64,000 nucleotides of DNA from Chara braunii (lineage: Eukaryota; Plantae; Charophyceae), in NCBI GenBank assembly GCA_003427395.1, contig BFEA01000015.1, positions 6,509,859 to 6,573,858 on the forward strand, given 5' to 3'. The position numbers and the translations under genes were made by a program. Under the pieces are notes generated by a model, which had not been told where the DNA came from, made no database searches, and worked only from the letters and a program-made list of their open reading frames with translations. Below are positions 13,793-25,176 of this stretch, piece by piece (position 1 is the stretch's first letter; each line of letters opens with the position of its first letter).

Positions 13793-13897
13793 CTGTCTTC
13801 ACCCGAATACAACGCCCAGTCATTATGGCCGTATTTGGTTCAATTTTCAGTCCAGATATGGCTATAATGACCGGGCTTTCTATTCGGGTGAAGACGG
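13793..13897. mobile_element. Palindromic TA-flanked MITE (Tc1/mariner/pogo-like)
   Basis: TA|ctgtcttcacccgaatacaacgcccagtcattat ... ataatgaccgggctttctattcgggtgaagacgg|TA. Confidence 0.85.
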
Positions 13898-16007
13898 TAG
13901 TGTTGAGACCAGCTGGGACCACCACGCTGAAGGCACGGGTTGAATTCACAGGTCTAATACATTGGTGTGACGACAGTGGTTGAGAGTGAAAAACCATCCT
14001 TATCTTTAAAAAAAAAAACAAAAAAAAAAAAACATCCTTATCTCCATCGTCATTAAAACCAACAGTTGAGCGTGAGAGGCAGGAAAAGACCACCAGACAA
14101 GTGGAATACTTGTGTGGTGTACTGAGGAATGATCGGAAGTCTTGATTGCTACCGGTAGTAGTGTGCCAATGTAATACCATCATTCATAATGTGTCGGTTG
14201 CTGTAAGCCGGTGATCAAATGAAGTCTCGCTTCTGCAGTGTTAGTTTATTTGGGCAACCACCACTCCTTAAACCGCCCGTATCTCTGGGACTCGTTTTCG
14301 TGATGCTGGATTTTGCCTGCCCCTGGACTACCGAATGATGTAGTCGCTGGGGTGGTCAATGATGGCTATTTGCATTGCATTTGTGCCAGAATTTCCTTAT
14401 GGGATTTCCTCCCCCCTCATTTTTAGAATACCCTTCTACAGGAGCATGTGCTCTGCATCCGTCATTTCTTTTCAGATTTCTTTTGTCGAAGGACGTGAGA
14501 GTGGAAAATCGCCGAAGTTCATGAAGTTTAAATTTTCTTCTCCGGCAGGCTGAATCTTTCTACTCCGGTAGGCCAAACCTATCCACGGCACTGGGTTAAC
14601 CGGTGGGCAAACACAGGTTAGCTGCCAAGGGTTAAGCGGCCAGGGTAGTGGTGGTTTAAGATGGCATCCCTTCCAGAGTCCGTCCATCGTGGAATTGTTG
14701 GTTTTTCTCTCTTCTGCATCTGACCCAATCCATTGACGAATCCTAATAACGTTCAAATCCATGATAAACATGTCGAATGTGTCACACCAGTGAAGTTTTG
14801 GTCACTGGCCAATAGAGATAAAAAGGACCAAAATCCAAACAATCCTATTTTATTGAATACATCAAACAACTGCGAGGCTCAAGGCCTCGGTAAGCCCTTT
14901 CGGGCCTGTTCCAGCAAGTAAGGCCGCCCTAAGTGAAGGCGGGCCTGATAAGTTATGAGACGCCTATATTTGTGTTTTCCGCAATCGAGTTACGCAGCAG
15001 TGTCAGCTGGTTGAGTGAGCCCTGGCCCTGCCTAACGACATCTGTTTTGGGCTTCCCGGCCCTTCCTGAAAGAAACGGAGGCAGGCCCTGGGCCAGACAC
15101 GAGGCACAAACTGTACAGATCACGCCTGGCAGTTGGACACGTGTTACTGCCAGAGGCCTTGCGGAATATTCCCTTGGGACAGAGGCCCAGCGACTTGGGG
15201 CCTACCGGAAGCGCTGCTGTGTTAGCTTCTCACGCGAGTCTCCCACACGCTCAGGGGCGAGCGAGGGGGATTGGCAGGCAGCCATATCCGGGGCTAGCCT
15301 GCCTGTATCTGGATGATGTGCATGGTGGTTTCGCGTGCATGTGGCATCTGTGTGGAGTATCAAGGTTGTGAGTGTGGCGAGGACATATCTGGTGCTTGAT
15401 GCGTTCGGCATTGGCCGAGAGCTGCTTGTACTTTGGAAAGCTGTTGACTTCACTGCCGGCATTGTAGATAGGCTAGATAGGATCTGACACTTGTAGTCTG
15501 GGCGCCGAGCGCCACATAGGGGAACAACATTGGTTCATTGATGATGATGACGGTACTATTTCAACATTGTCATTTGTGAGCTCTGCTGTGTTCTTATCTG
15601 GTGTATTTCTTGTTGCAATTCTGCTTTTGGTCCGAGGTCACGACTATCTGGTTTCATATGTATGACTCGGCTTGGTTTCTGAATTTCGCTATTGCTCATT
15701 TTCCTTGCACAACTTTTTTCCTATAACTGAATATGTGTGGGTATCTATTTGCGAGGAGAGCGAACACCACGATACACTTTGCTCTTCTTCCGATGTATCC
15801 GCCAGCCTACCGTCTTCACCCCAACACAGTGCACCATGTGGCTGTACCGAATCGGAAATACAGCTTGTATACATTCGTTTTCGGAGGTTCCTGTGGTGTG
15901 GCAGTGCATGGGTATCGTTGCAGTGGATGACTGGCAGTGCTATTTATGCTGTTTTGTGAAGTTTGATAATTTCCGATATGAAATGGGATGCTTGTTGTGG
16001 ATAACAG

Positions 16008-16163
16008 ACACGAATAGAGCAGATCTCAATGCTCCTGGAATCATCAAGTGTGGTGGATGAGCCAACAGCTGCTACTGCTGATGGGGCCAACAGCGAGACG
16101 AAAAGGTCACCATCCCCTGAGCCTGTTTTTGATGCACAGGGACAGCAAATCAACACGCGTCAG
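16008..16163 (+). CDS. SF1/BBP-like protein, exon 2 (helix-hairpin/SPSP region)
   Basis: ataacag|ACA...CAG|gtgagt, 156 nt. Encodes TRIEQISMLLESS...KRSPSPEPVFDAQGQQINTRQ, matching the SF1 RSPSPEP.YD..G.R.NTR motif. Confidence 0.93.
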
Positions 16164-16976
16164 GTGAGTTGGGCCTACTGTGCTTTCTGCCTGTCTTTCT
16201 GCCCGTAGCACCCTGTTTATCGTGACATCTGTTTCTATTCCTGGTCCTCCTCCTTCCCGTTGTACCCTGTTTATCGTGACGCCTGCCATGTGCACAGGGA
16301 CATCTTTGTCTTTTTGTTTGTTTTTCCTGTGTGCTAGTCTGTGGAGTTGGTCACAACGGCCGAATGCAGAAGGTTGGCATTGGTTCTTCTTGCCATGATG
16401 AGAAAACCTGGAAGAGAACAGTCGTTGGAAAGAAACCTTCTCTCAGCTGTTGGGGAGATCGATGCCTCTGGTAGGAAGTCGTGCCTCGTGGGCTCTGTCA
16501 CATGCTGACGTGACGTCCAGCCTCACAAAACAAACCGCTATATTGAATGACCCTGTCTTTGACCATGTTCACATTTTACTGAATGCATGGGTGTTCTTCT
16601 TCAAACCGCGAGCCTCCGTTTCTGGCAGCGGGTTTGAACTGTGCGCCGAAAGAAAAGAACGAACTGGTGTGTCAGCCTTTTTTTTTTTTTTTTTTTTGCC
16701 CTGGCTAGTGCTGCTGCTCATTTCGGCCTGGACTGCCAAGCCCCGAAAGATATGGCTCGAGCACGGCTGAGTCGTAGCTGTGAAAGGCACACATGGCCCC
16801 AGCCTTGTGGAGATTTGCTCGTTGCCTATCCTGAACGGGCGTACCGGACCACAGTGGCTGGTGGCGCCAGCCAAAAAACAAAAAAAGTGTGCGGTGTAAG
16901 CATCTAATCAGCAACTTGTTGAGACCTTCTTTGCTGAACTTTTATGGTGCATATCGTTTTCCTCCTCACACTACTA

Positions 16977-17463
16977 CCGTCTTCACCTGAAAGTAACGCC
17001 CGGGCATTGTCTAGAATTGCTATGCAACCAACTTTTGGCTGAGGGTCACTTCTGAAATCCTCATAAATTCGGAAATAAAAAAAAGAAAACAAATCTGCAA
17101 GGATGGGACGCTCTTACGGTGCACCCTTGCAGCCCACACCTGGCCTTCCTCCTGAAAAAAAGGAAACAAAAAATCGAACCAAAACATACCTGTCGGAAGT
17201 CAAAACCTCTTTCAACCCCCTTTAAAACCCATGCATCCCCTTTCCCCCTTTCAAAACCCATGTATGCTCCCTCTACAAGGCACTCTGGTCATGGCACATT
17301 CAAATATAACGCCAGCCCCTTATATTCTAATATAAAGCCAGGCGGCCAGGGCCTTATATTCAAAGGGGCGTTCTATTCGGAAAAAAACAAGTAAAAACCA
17401 AAATCTGATTTTTCTAGGGTAAGTTGAATATAATGCTCAGGTGTTATTTTCGGGTGAAGATGG
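16977..17463. mobile_element. TA-flanked MITE, same TIR family
   Basis: TA|ccgtcttcacctgaaagtaacgcccggg ... caggtgttattttcgggtgaagatgg|TA. Confidence 0.8.
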
Positions 17464-17605
17464 TAGTTCTCCTTTTTGTTTTTATTCCCTGTGGTCTCCT
17501 CGGTGGAAGCGTATTCATGTGATTACATAGGGAACAAACTGTGTTATGATTGAGCAATAAGGTCATCTGCTAAGAGTTTTGCTATTCTTGTGTGCTGGCT
17601 GACAG

Positions 17606-17651
17606 GCAAGGATAAAGGAGCAGTTGGATATTGAGAGACGGGAAGCTATCG
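17606..17651 (+). CDS. SF1/BBP-like protein, exon 3
   Basis: ctgacag|GCA...ATC G|gtaatc, 46 nt. Encodes ARIKEQLDIERREAI(G), ends in phase 1. Confidence 0.9.
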
Positions 17652-18601
17652 GTAATCCACCTTTCTCTTCATCCCTTTGGGTGCTGACTTCTATTTTGGG
17701 TTACAATTCAGTACGAATGTTTGTTTCATCTGCGATTGGAGGCATCCACTACCTGAGCGTTCTCCTGTTTGTGCTCCCTTGTCTTTTTCTTTCGGGTTCC
17801 TTCTGCTCCTGCAATGGGGTCAGCTGGCCAGTGTTGATTGACTTCCATAAAACTGCCGCATTTCCTGAAGACTCTCTGCATGCACCCAAAGGGTGGAAGC
17901 AAAGGCAAGAGCTTCCAAAAGGGTGGTCGCACCTTGTCCCCCACCGGGTTAGCAACCTCGCAAGATGGTAGCATTGCTGGAACTTGCTGTGAATGACCAT
18001 GAGCAGCGTGCGTTCATCTTGATTCCATGAAGTTTCAGTTCTTTTCTGCATGTTTTGTTTCCAAGCTGTGAAGGGTGCGAAGGGTGGCGAGTTGACGGGT
18101 GTCAGGATTGACGTGCAGGGTCCGGCCCAGGGCTGTGATTGATGGTGGGCAACTGTTGGATCACCTTTCTTTTTGCGAAATCACAATTTTTGCTGGGAGA
18201 GTGCATGTCGATGGAGAGGGACGGGGCACATCTGTAATGAGAGGTGCACATGAGGCGTGATGTATTTTTTTTTTTTTTTTGGGGGGGGGGGNNNNNNNNN
18301 NNNNNNNNNNNNNNNNNNNNNNNNNNNNNNNNNNNNNNNNNNNNNNNNNNNNNNNNNNNNNNNNNNNNNNNNNNNNNNNNNNNNNNNNNNNNNNNNNNNN
18401 NNNNNNNNNNNNNNNNNNNNNNNNNNNNNNNNNNNNNNNNNNNNNNNNNNNNNNNNNNNNNNNNNNNNNNNNNNNNNNNNNNNNNNNNNNNNNNNNNNNN
18501 NNNNNNNNNNNNNNNNNNNNNNNNNNNNNNNNNNNNNNNNNNNNNNNNNNNNNNNNNNNNNNNNNNNNNNNNNNNNNNNNNNNNNNNNNNNNNNNNNNNN
18601 N

Positions 18602-18663
<62 letters not shown>

Positions 18664-18843
18664 CTGATTGTCAATATGCAGTTTGTTTCCTCTGGCCTGA
18701 GAACTGTTCCTTGGTTGCAAGGAAGATGTGTGGGTGGTCTGAAAGAGTGATGGTTAGTGCCTGATAGTGCCATGCTTCATTCTGGACAAGATGGAAGAGC
18801 ATCACTGTTGTCACTCTCACACTTAGATATTGGATGTCTGCAG

Positions 18844-18926
18844 GGGAGTGTATGTTGCTGAATCCACTTTTTAAGCCTCCAGCCGGCTACAAGCCCGTTC
18901 TCAAGGAGGCAAAGATCTACATTCCG
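18844..18926 (+). CDS. SF1/BBP-like protein, exon 4
   Basis: ctgcag|GG GAG...CCG|gtaagt, 83 nt. Encodes (G)ECMLLNPLFKPPAGYKPVLKEAKIYIP, matching SF1 NP.FKPP.DYKP; phase fits exon 3. Confidence 0.93.
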
Positions 18927-19418
18927 GTAAGTACTGGCAGGGAATCAAGGGTATATCTGGAGGTCCTGGGTTACCACTTTCTGTGTTCCAGATCCTCTTT
19001 ATAACTCTTATGAGACAATACGCTGCGGTGGCATGACCTCATCTTTCAACGTGGGAGTGATGTGTGTGTTTGTGTGCGTTTGTATTCATTGGCTGTGTCT
19101 GCAATTTTTGTGAAAACANTAGAGAAATTGGCCGTGCACTTGGGATTTTCTTTTGCTGCGTGTTTCTTGTGTCTCTCTTGCACTCTGTTGGGATGTAAGG
19201 AGGGGAATCACAAACTTAAGGATCTGGATGCAAGTGGGACATCTTGTTAAATTCTGAGGAGGATGCATTTTGTCCTTAGATAGTGGATAACATTGATCGT
19301 GTGCTTGGAATTTTGTCTTGCCTGTCCGACGCATGCAAATCTTGAGAATTGAACCTCCGGTGGCTGTCTCTTTTCTTTAAAATTGTAAGGGAATAACTGC
19401 TAAAATTAGTGTATTCAT

Positions 19419-19551
19419 CTGAGTGGTGATCCGGGCCGCCCGGGTGACCGGCAGGGGCCCGCGGGAGGTACCTGGCGGCCTGGCCGGGCAGGGCACCCGG
19501 TTGGGGGACGGTCCCCTCCAGCGCACTCACCTGTTGGGGGATTTTGGACCG

Positions 19552-19597
<46 letters not shown>

Positions 19598-19603
19598 TGT
19601 GTT

Positions 19604-19671
<68 letters not shown>

Positions 19672-20946
19672 TCAAATCATACTTGCGGCGCATCTCATGC
19701 GCGGGGTGCGTGATGCGACGCATTAAAAAAGTAGAAAAATAAGAACATCCTAGTTGTGTCCAGCCTCTTTTCGGAAGGATCCCTACAGCATATTAGCTAG
19801 GACCCGACGTCATGCAGAGATAGACTTCAAACTTGTACTCCGTTAGGGTGGGCAGAGAATATATAGTCTGGATTCGAATTCAGGTCTGTGCATCTCGGTT
19901 ATGGGTCACTATTTCTCTGTTTTCTCGCTTTTCTTTTCTTTTCTCGTTTTTCTTTTCTTAGGAATACGTGCAGTGGCCCTAAGGGCCTCTACTCACCAAA
20001 TGCACAAAAGACAAAACATATGCTGGCGTAGTATTCCATGTTCTGCAGAAGATTCATTCTAATTTTGCACATTTCGTGAGTAGTGCAGCCAAGCCCTAAG
20101 AGTTAGGTGCAGAGACTAACAGGGCCTAGTTATGTGAGTAACCCATAACTGCTGAAACACAGACCTGAATTCGAATCTTGAGTATATATTCGGCCAGCTC
20201 GTGCTCTACGTCATATTCACTGCCTGCCTCGATTTTGGTGGGGGGGTCTGCGCTACATGGCTGCGAGGACCCTTCAGATAGCCTGCATGGGCCGTCTGAG
20301 CTGTGTTAAGGGGATTCGTTCTCTCTCTCTCTCTCTCGCGCGCGCGCGTGCGCACGCCCCCACTTGTATACACAAACCCCTTACAAAAGAAAAAGAAGAA
20401 AAAAGTGCATCTGTGCCACATCACAGACACCCCCACAAACCCAGCACCCCCCNNNNNNNNNNNNNNNNNNNNNNNNNNNNNNNNNNNNNNNNNNNNNNNN
20501 NNNNNNNNNNNNNNNNNNNNNNNNNNNNNNNNNNNNNNNNNNNNNNNNNNNNNNNNNNNNNNNNNNNNNNNNNNNNNNNNNNNNNNNNNNNNNNNNNNNN
20601 NNNNNNNNNNNNNNNNNNNNNNNNNNNNNNNNNNNNNNNNNNNNNNNNNNNNNNNNNNNNNNNNNNNNNNNNNNNNNNNNNNNNNNNNNNNNNNNNNNNN
20701 NNNNNNNNNNNNNNNNNNNNNNNNNNNNNNNNNNNNNNNNNNNNNNNNNNNNNNNNNNNNNNNNNNNNNNNNNNNNNNNNNNNNNNNNNNNNNNNNNNNN
20801 NNNNNNNNNNNNNNNNNNNNNNNNNNNNNNNNNNNNNNNNNNNNNNNNNNNNNNNNNNNNNNNNNNNNNNNNNNNNNNNNNNNNNNNNNNNNNNNCCCGG
20901 CCCCCCCCCCCCCGGGCCCAACCGGCCGGGCGGCGTCCTCACTCAG
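19419..20946. mobile_element. Non-autonomous hAT-like DNA transposon (contains an N gap)
   Basis: Termini CTGAGTG...CACTCAG, GC-rich subterminal ccggg motifs, perfect 8-bp TSD GTATTCAT (19411-19418 and 20947-20954). Confidence 0.8.
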
Positions 20947-21105
20947 GTATTCATCGGAATGTGCGGGGGTCGAAGTCACAAGTTGTTTGTCAACACTTTT
21001 AAATGTGCCGGGATTCAACAACATGGGCATTCAGCTTCCCCTATGCTGGAACATGCCGGCTAACAGCGAGTTGTCCTGCCTTTTGTGTCCATGATATATA
21101 TGCAG

Positions 21106-21183
21106 GTCAAGGAGTTCCCAGGCTATAACTTGGTTGCTCTGATCGTTGGACCGCGAGGAAATACACAGAGGCGTATTGAAATG
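21106..21183 (+). CDS. SF1/BBP-like protein, exon 5 (KH domain GxxG loop)
   Basis: tgcag|GTC...ATG|gtgagt, 78 nt. Encodes VKEFPGYNLVALIVGPRGNTQRRIEM. Confidence 0.95.
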
Positions 21184-21794
21184 GTGAGTAGGGCTCATGT
21201 TTGTCTGTCCTGTGTGCTTGTCGGGACTGGTGTCACCCAAATGCTGCGTGACTGCTGCGGTCTCCTGTTTTTCACTTCCTTGCTGATATTGATGTTGCTT
21301 TCTTTGCAGATGGATATTGATTGGGGTAGTCCTCTCCCACCTGCTTTTGGTGACCACCCCCCCCCCCCCCCCCCCCCCCCCCCTCCACTGCTCACCTCCT
21401 GCCTGCCGCTGTGCTGTTTTCGTTTTTGACCAAACTGCCTTCTCCAGTGGAACATCGTTGTGAGCTGACAGACTAGCACTGATAGGATGACGGTGACAAT
21501 GAAGAGAAACCAGAGTACGACAGTTAGATCGAGGAGATGGAGTGGGAGGATGAGGAAGTGGGTAGGCAAGTTTTGAGGAGGATCATGTTGAGAAATGATC
21601 AAGGAGGTGAGCATGAGTGCAAGCCAGGGGGAGGAGATGGTGATGGGAAGGAGCGGGAGAAGGTGAATGGTTAAGATGGTGAGGAGGTTGACTCCTGTGT
21701 GTGGAACAGCGGTGGCAGACTGACATTTTCCGTTCTATGGCACACACAGCGTTCTCCTTTTCTGTTCGTGCATGTGCACTGTCCATGCATGTGG

Positions 21795-21838
<44 letters not shown>

Positions 21839-22354
21839 ACACAAGTGTTGTTTGGTGCTGTGAATGCCACTCTCCATGTGTGTGCATGTCTGTGTGTGTG
21901 TGTATACCCAATGGTCAACTGTGGGATGCTGTGAAGAATCTGAAGATCAGTCAAGTAATATGTGGAAAGGTTGTTGGCAGAACATACATAAAGGGATCAG
22001 ATACTTCAATCTCCTGGCCTCTGACTTTTTCACCAAACCACCTCCCTTTACTGCTTATCCCTGCATACTGTGCGGGGCATTCTGCTCCAAATGTGAAGTG
22101 GGCATCTGCACTTTCGACCATGAAGCACATGGCGGGGCTGTGTACAATGGTTCGCTCTATCTTCTGGTTGGGAGGCCATTCTGTCCAGTGTGGTTTCTTG
22201 ATATCCTTGAGGAAACCTATCTGGGAGGTTTTCAGCAGTGTGTCTTCTGTCACACAACATTTCATTCCGTCATTGTCCTTACAGACACGGACCCCTGCTT
22301 TTGTTTGGGCCTCGTGTTTTCCCTTCTATTTCTCTTATTCTTTTTGGTTTGCAG

Positions 22355-22408
22355 GAAAGTGGTGCCAAACTTACAATACGCGGAAAGGGTGCTGTGAGAG
22401 ATGGGAAG
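22355..22408 (+). CDS. SF1/BBP-like protein, exon 6 (KH domain)
   Basis: Pyrimidine tract, then gcag|GAA...AAG|gtatgt, 54 nt. Encodes ESGAKLTIRGKGAVRDGK. Confidence 0.95.
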
Positions 22409-23139
22409 GTATGTCACCTGCCTGTGTTTCACCTGGTCTTATAGGTTTGTGCAAAATAAGTTGTCTGGTGTTTCTGTACAAGGAATAGAATAGAGGCGCA
22501 CATAGATGTGAGCTCGGAACGGTGTGAAACCTTCTCTCGCCCATTTAATTCAGGTGTATGTTGGGGGGCGGGGGGAGGCAATTTTGGTCTCTGTGGCTCG
22601 CCTTTTAATGCAGCTAGCCCTTTTGTTTTTTGTACCCAATGATCCCAATCTGATTTGATGAGGGCTTGAACATGCGATCTGTTTATTGTCAGTTACATGT
22701 GTGTACCGTTCAGCCACAGGGCAGCTACACCATGGCCGCTTGTTATTTATTCTGTTTCTTAGAACAAGTTATGCATGCACAGATTTACAGTGCAGGAGTG
22801 CATTGGTTTGCCAACTGTCCATTCTGCGAGGGGCTCAGCTTTGTCTACCTCTGCGGTTTTGAATTCTATGTTAAAAAAGGCAGTTCAGTGCAGCATAGCA
22901 CCAGTGGGGCTTGACCACGAGTTTCAACAATGTGGCTGCATGCATATAGAAGTTGCTCTTTTCATCAGTGTGCACCTGAAGCGAGTCCCACATAAGGAGG
23001 AATTGACAGAGAGCACGTGTGGATTGGGAACAAGAGTAAGGGGCAAAGAAAGACCCTGATAAAGATGTGAAGAAAAACTAAAATTAGCAGGCAGTGCAAG
23101 GCACCAGAATATGTCCCATAACTCCAATGAACCTGTTAA

Positions 23140-23426
23140 ACCACTACGTCTTCACCTGAATAGAATGCCCGGTAATTATTGCCGTATCTGGGCTGAAAGT
23201 TGTGCCAGGCGTTCTATCGGGTGAAGGCGGCAGTACCTTTGCTGCGTGGGAAAGTAGTGGGCCTCGGGTGGGCCTCCGACCTTTTCGGAGGCCGAAACCA
23301 AACAACGGCCGCCGGTCAGATGTATCAATGGCAGCCGTCGTCGGGCCCTGCCCTCCAAAATTTTAGAAGTTTGGGAAAACGTCCACTTTTCCCTATTCTC
23401 CCAACACTGGCGGAGGTACTAGTGGT
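23140..23426. mobile_element. TTAA-family MITE with a TA-type MITE (23147-23230) nested in its left TIR
   Basis: TTAA|ACCACTA[cgtcttcacc...gtgaaggcgg]CA GTACC...GGTACTAGTGGT. The body is a reverse-complement homologue of 60592-60789. Confidence 0.8.
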
Positions 23427-25023
23427 ATTTCACAGCTGTTTCTTTTTTACCTTTTGTAATCTTTATTGTATCTACCAGCGTTCCGGCTGAAGATTCATCC
23501 TCATTTTGCACATTCGAAGGCAGTGCAGCGCGAATACCACTCCGGAAATCTCTACCGAGGTGCGGGTAATGTGCATGTCAGAGTCATGGCACTGCGCAAA
23601 TCTCTCCTGAGGTGCAGGTAATGCGCCTGTCAGAGTAATGCCATGGGGGCTGTGGCTTTCTTCTGTTCTTTTTTTTCTGATCTATTTCTCAGTTTATGCG
23701 TGCCATCCTTGTCCAGGTCCACATACTGATCTTCCCTGTATCAACCAGCTTTGAGGGGGAAGATTCATTCTCATAGGAGGAGAGAGAACGTTCCTGGTGT
23801 ATGCTGGTGGTCCGCATTGGTGTTGACGTACATTGGTCTTCGACTTCGATGTGTGCCAGTCGCATTAACTTAGATAGGACAGATAGGCTGAGTAGTGTAG
23901 GCTGGGCGCTCTGGGCGCCAAACAGTAGGAGCGACATTAGATACAGTGTTGGTGTGATCAGAGAGTGTCGGCATTTGCACTCGAAATCACTGTAATGATC
24001 TTATTTGGATGGTATCTTGATGCATTTGTGCCCTCTGCTTGGTGCATGACTATCTGGACTACTTCGTGATTTTGCAACTTGGTTTTCTGTCTATCGCTCT
24101 CGCTCATATTCCTCGCATTTCCTTCTCATTTTCAAAACAAGCGACCCCCGCACCTCTACTGAGGCTCTACCCGGCCTCTACCAACCCTGTCGAGGACCTC
24201 CATGAATTCAGGAGGAAGGGTTTTTTTGGCTGGGCGAGGTACTGGTGGTGTAAACAACCAGTACGCCCGGGCCTGCAGGCCCCTTGCTGTGTGCCAAAGG
24301 TTTTCTGCCATTGTGGTCCGGTAGGCCGAGCCTGTGAAATTTTGGTAGGCTATGAGTTTCTTTTTCGGCAAGGCTGTACTGGCAGTCTGTGATGAACTCT
24401 TATGCTTGGAACAGGTTCAGTTTTGATTAGCATCATCATTGCTATGCCAGTGCAATGTGTATTCAGAGAGATCAACTCTGCTTGCCCTCACTGATACGAG
24501 TAAACAACCAGGTATACAGATTGTGCTTCATGTTCTGTCGCCACGTCTGGGTCTTTCTCACGGAGAGCTGGATGATGTACACCCACCATTTCGTGGTCCT
24601 GCTCCTTGGTGTCGAACTACCACTACGTTTCATGCCTGCACTGATTACTAGCATGCCTGCCGTTTTTCAGTTTATCCATTGGATTCTCGTCTCCTGTCCG
24701 CAGGGGTTGTTCCCGACTGGGGTTTAACGGAAGGTCCATCCCGACGGGCGGTTGAACGTATGGACAGCCGTCTTGGACGGGACCATCCAACCCATTTTCC
24801 GGGGATAGGGGGGCAGAAGGGCGGGGTTGGAAGGCCGGGGGTGGCGGGGGTGCCTGAAAAAAGATTGTTTTTTTTTTGTGTGAAAAAGACAGAAAAAAAA
24901 TTGATTGATTGATTTCACATCGATCCGATTCGGTTCACCAATCGGATCCGATCAAATCGATAGATGAGAATCTGTCTCTCACTCTCTCTTTCTCTAACCA
25001 GAGAGAGAGAGAGAGAGAGATGC

Positions 25024-25087
25024 GGGACATCCATTAAAACTGGAACTATACAGAGAAGATTGGCATGGCCCCTTCGTACATGCACGC
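25024..25087 (+). pseudogene. U6: U6 snRNA-derived fragment
   Basis: gggacatccattaaaactggaactatACAGAGAagattggcatggcccc matches plant U6. The AGC triad is changed to GGC, both ends are truncated, and it is embedded in (GA)n. Confidence 0.88.
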
Positions 25088-25106
25088 TGTCTCTCTCTCT
25101 CGCGCA

Positions 25107-25176
<70 letters not shown>

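Noticed and set aside
25024-25087. Functional U6 gene (also 53975-54072)
   Set aside because: Truncated, catalytic motifs mutated (AGC in one copy, ACAGAGA in the other), and no recognisable promoter or U-rich terminator.
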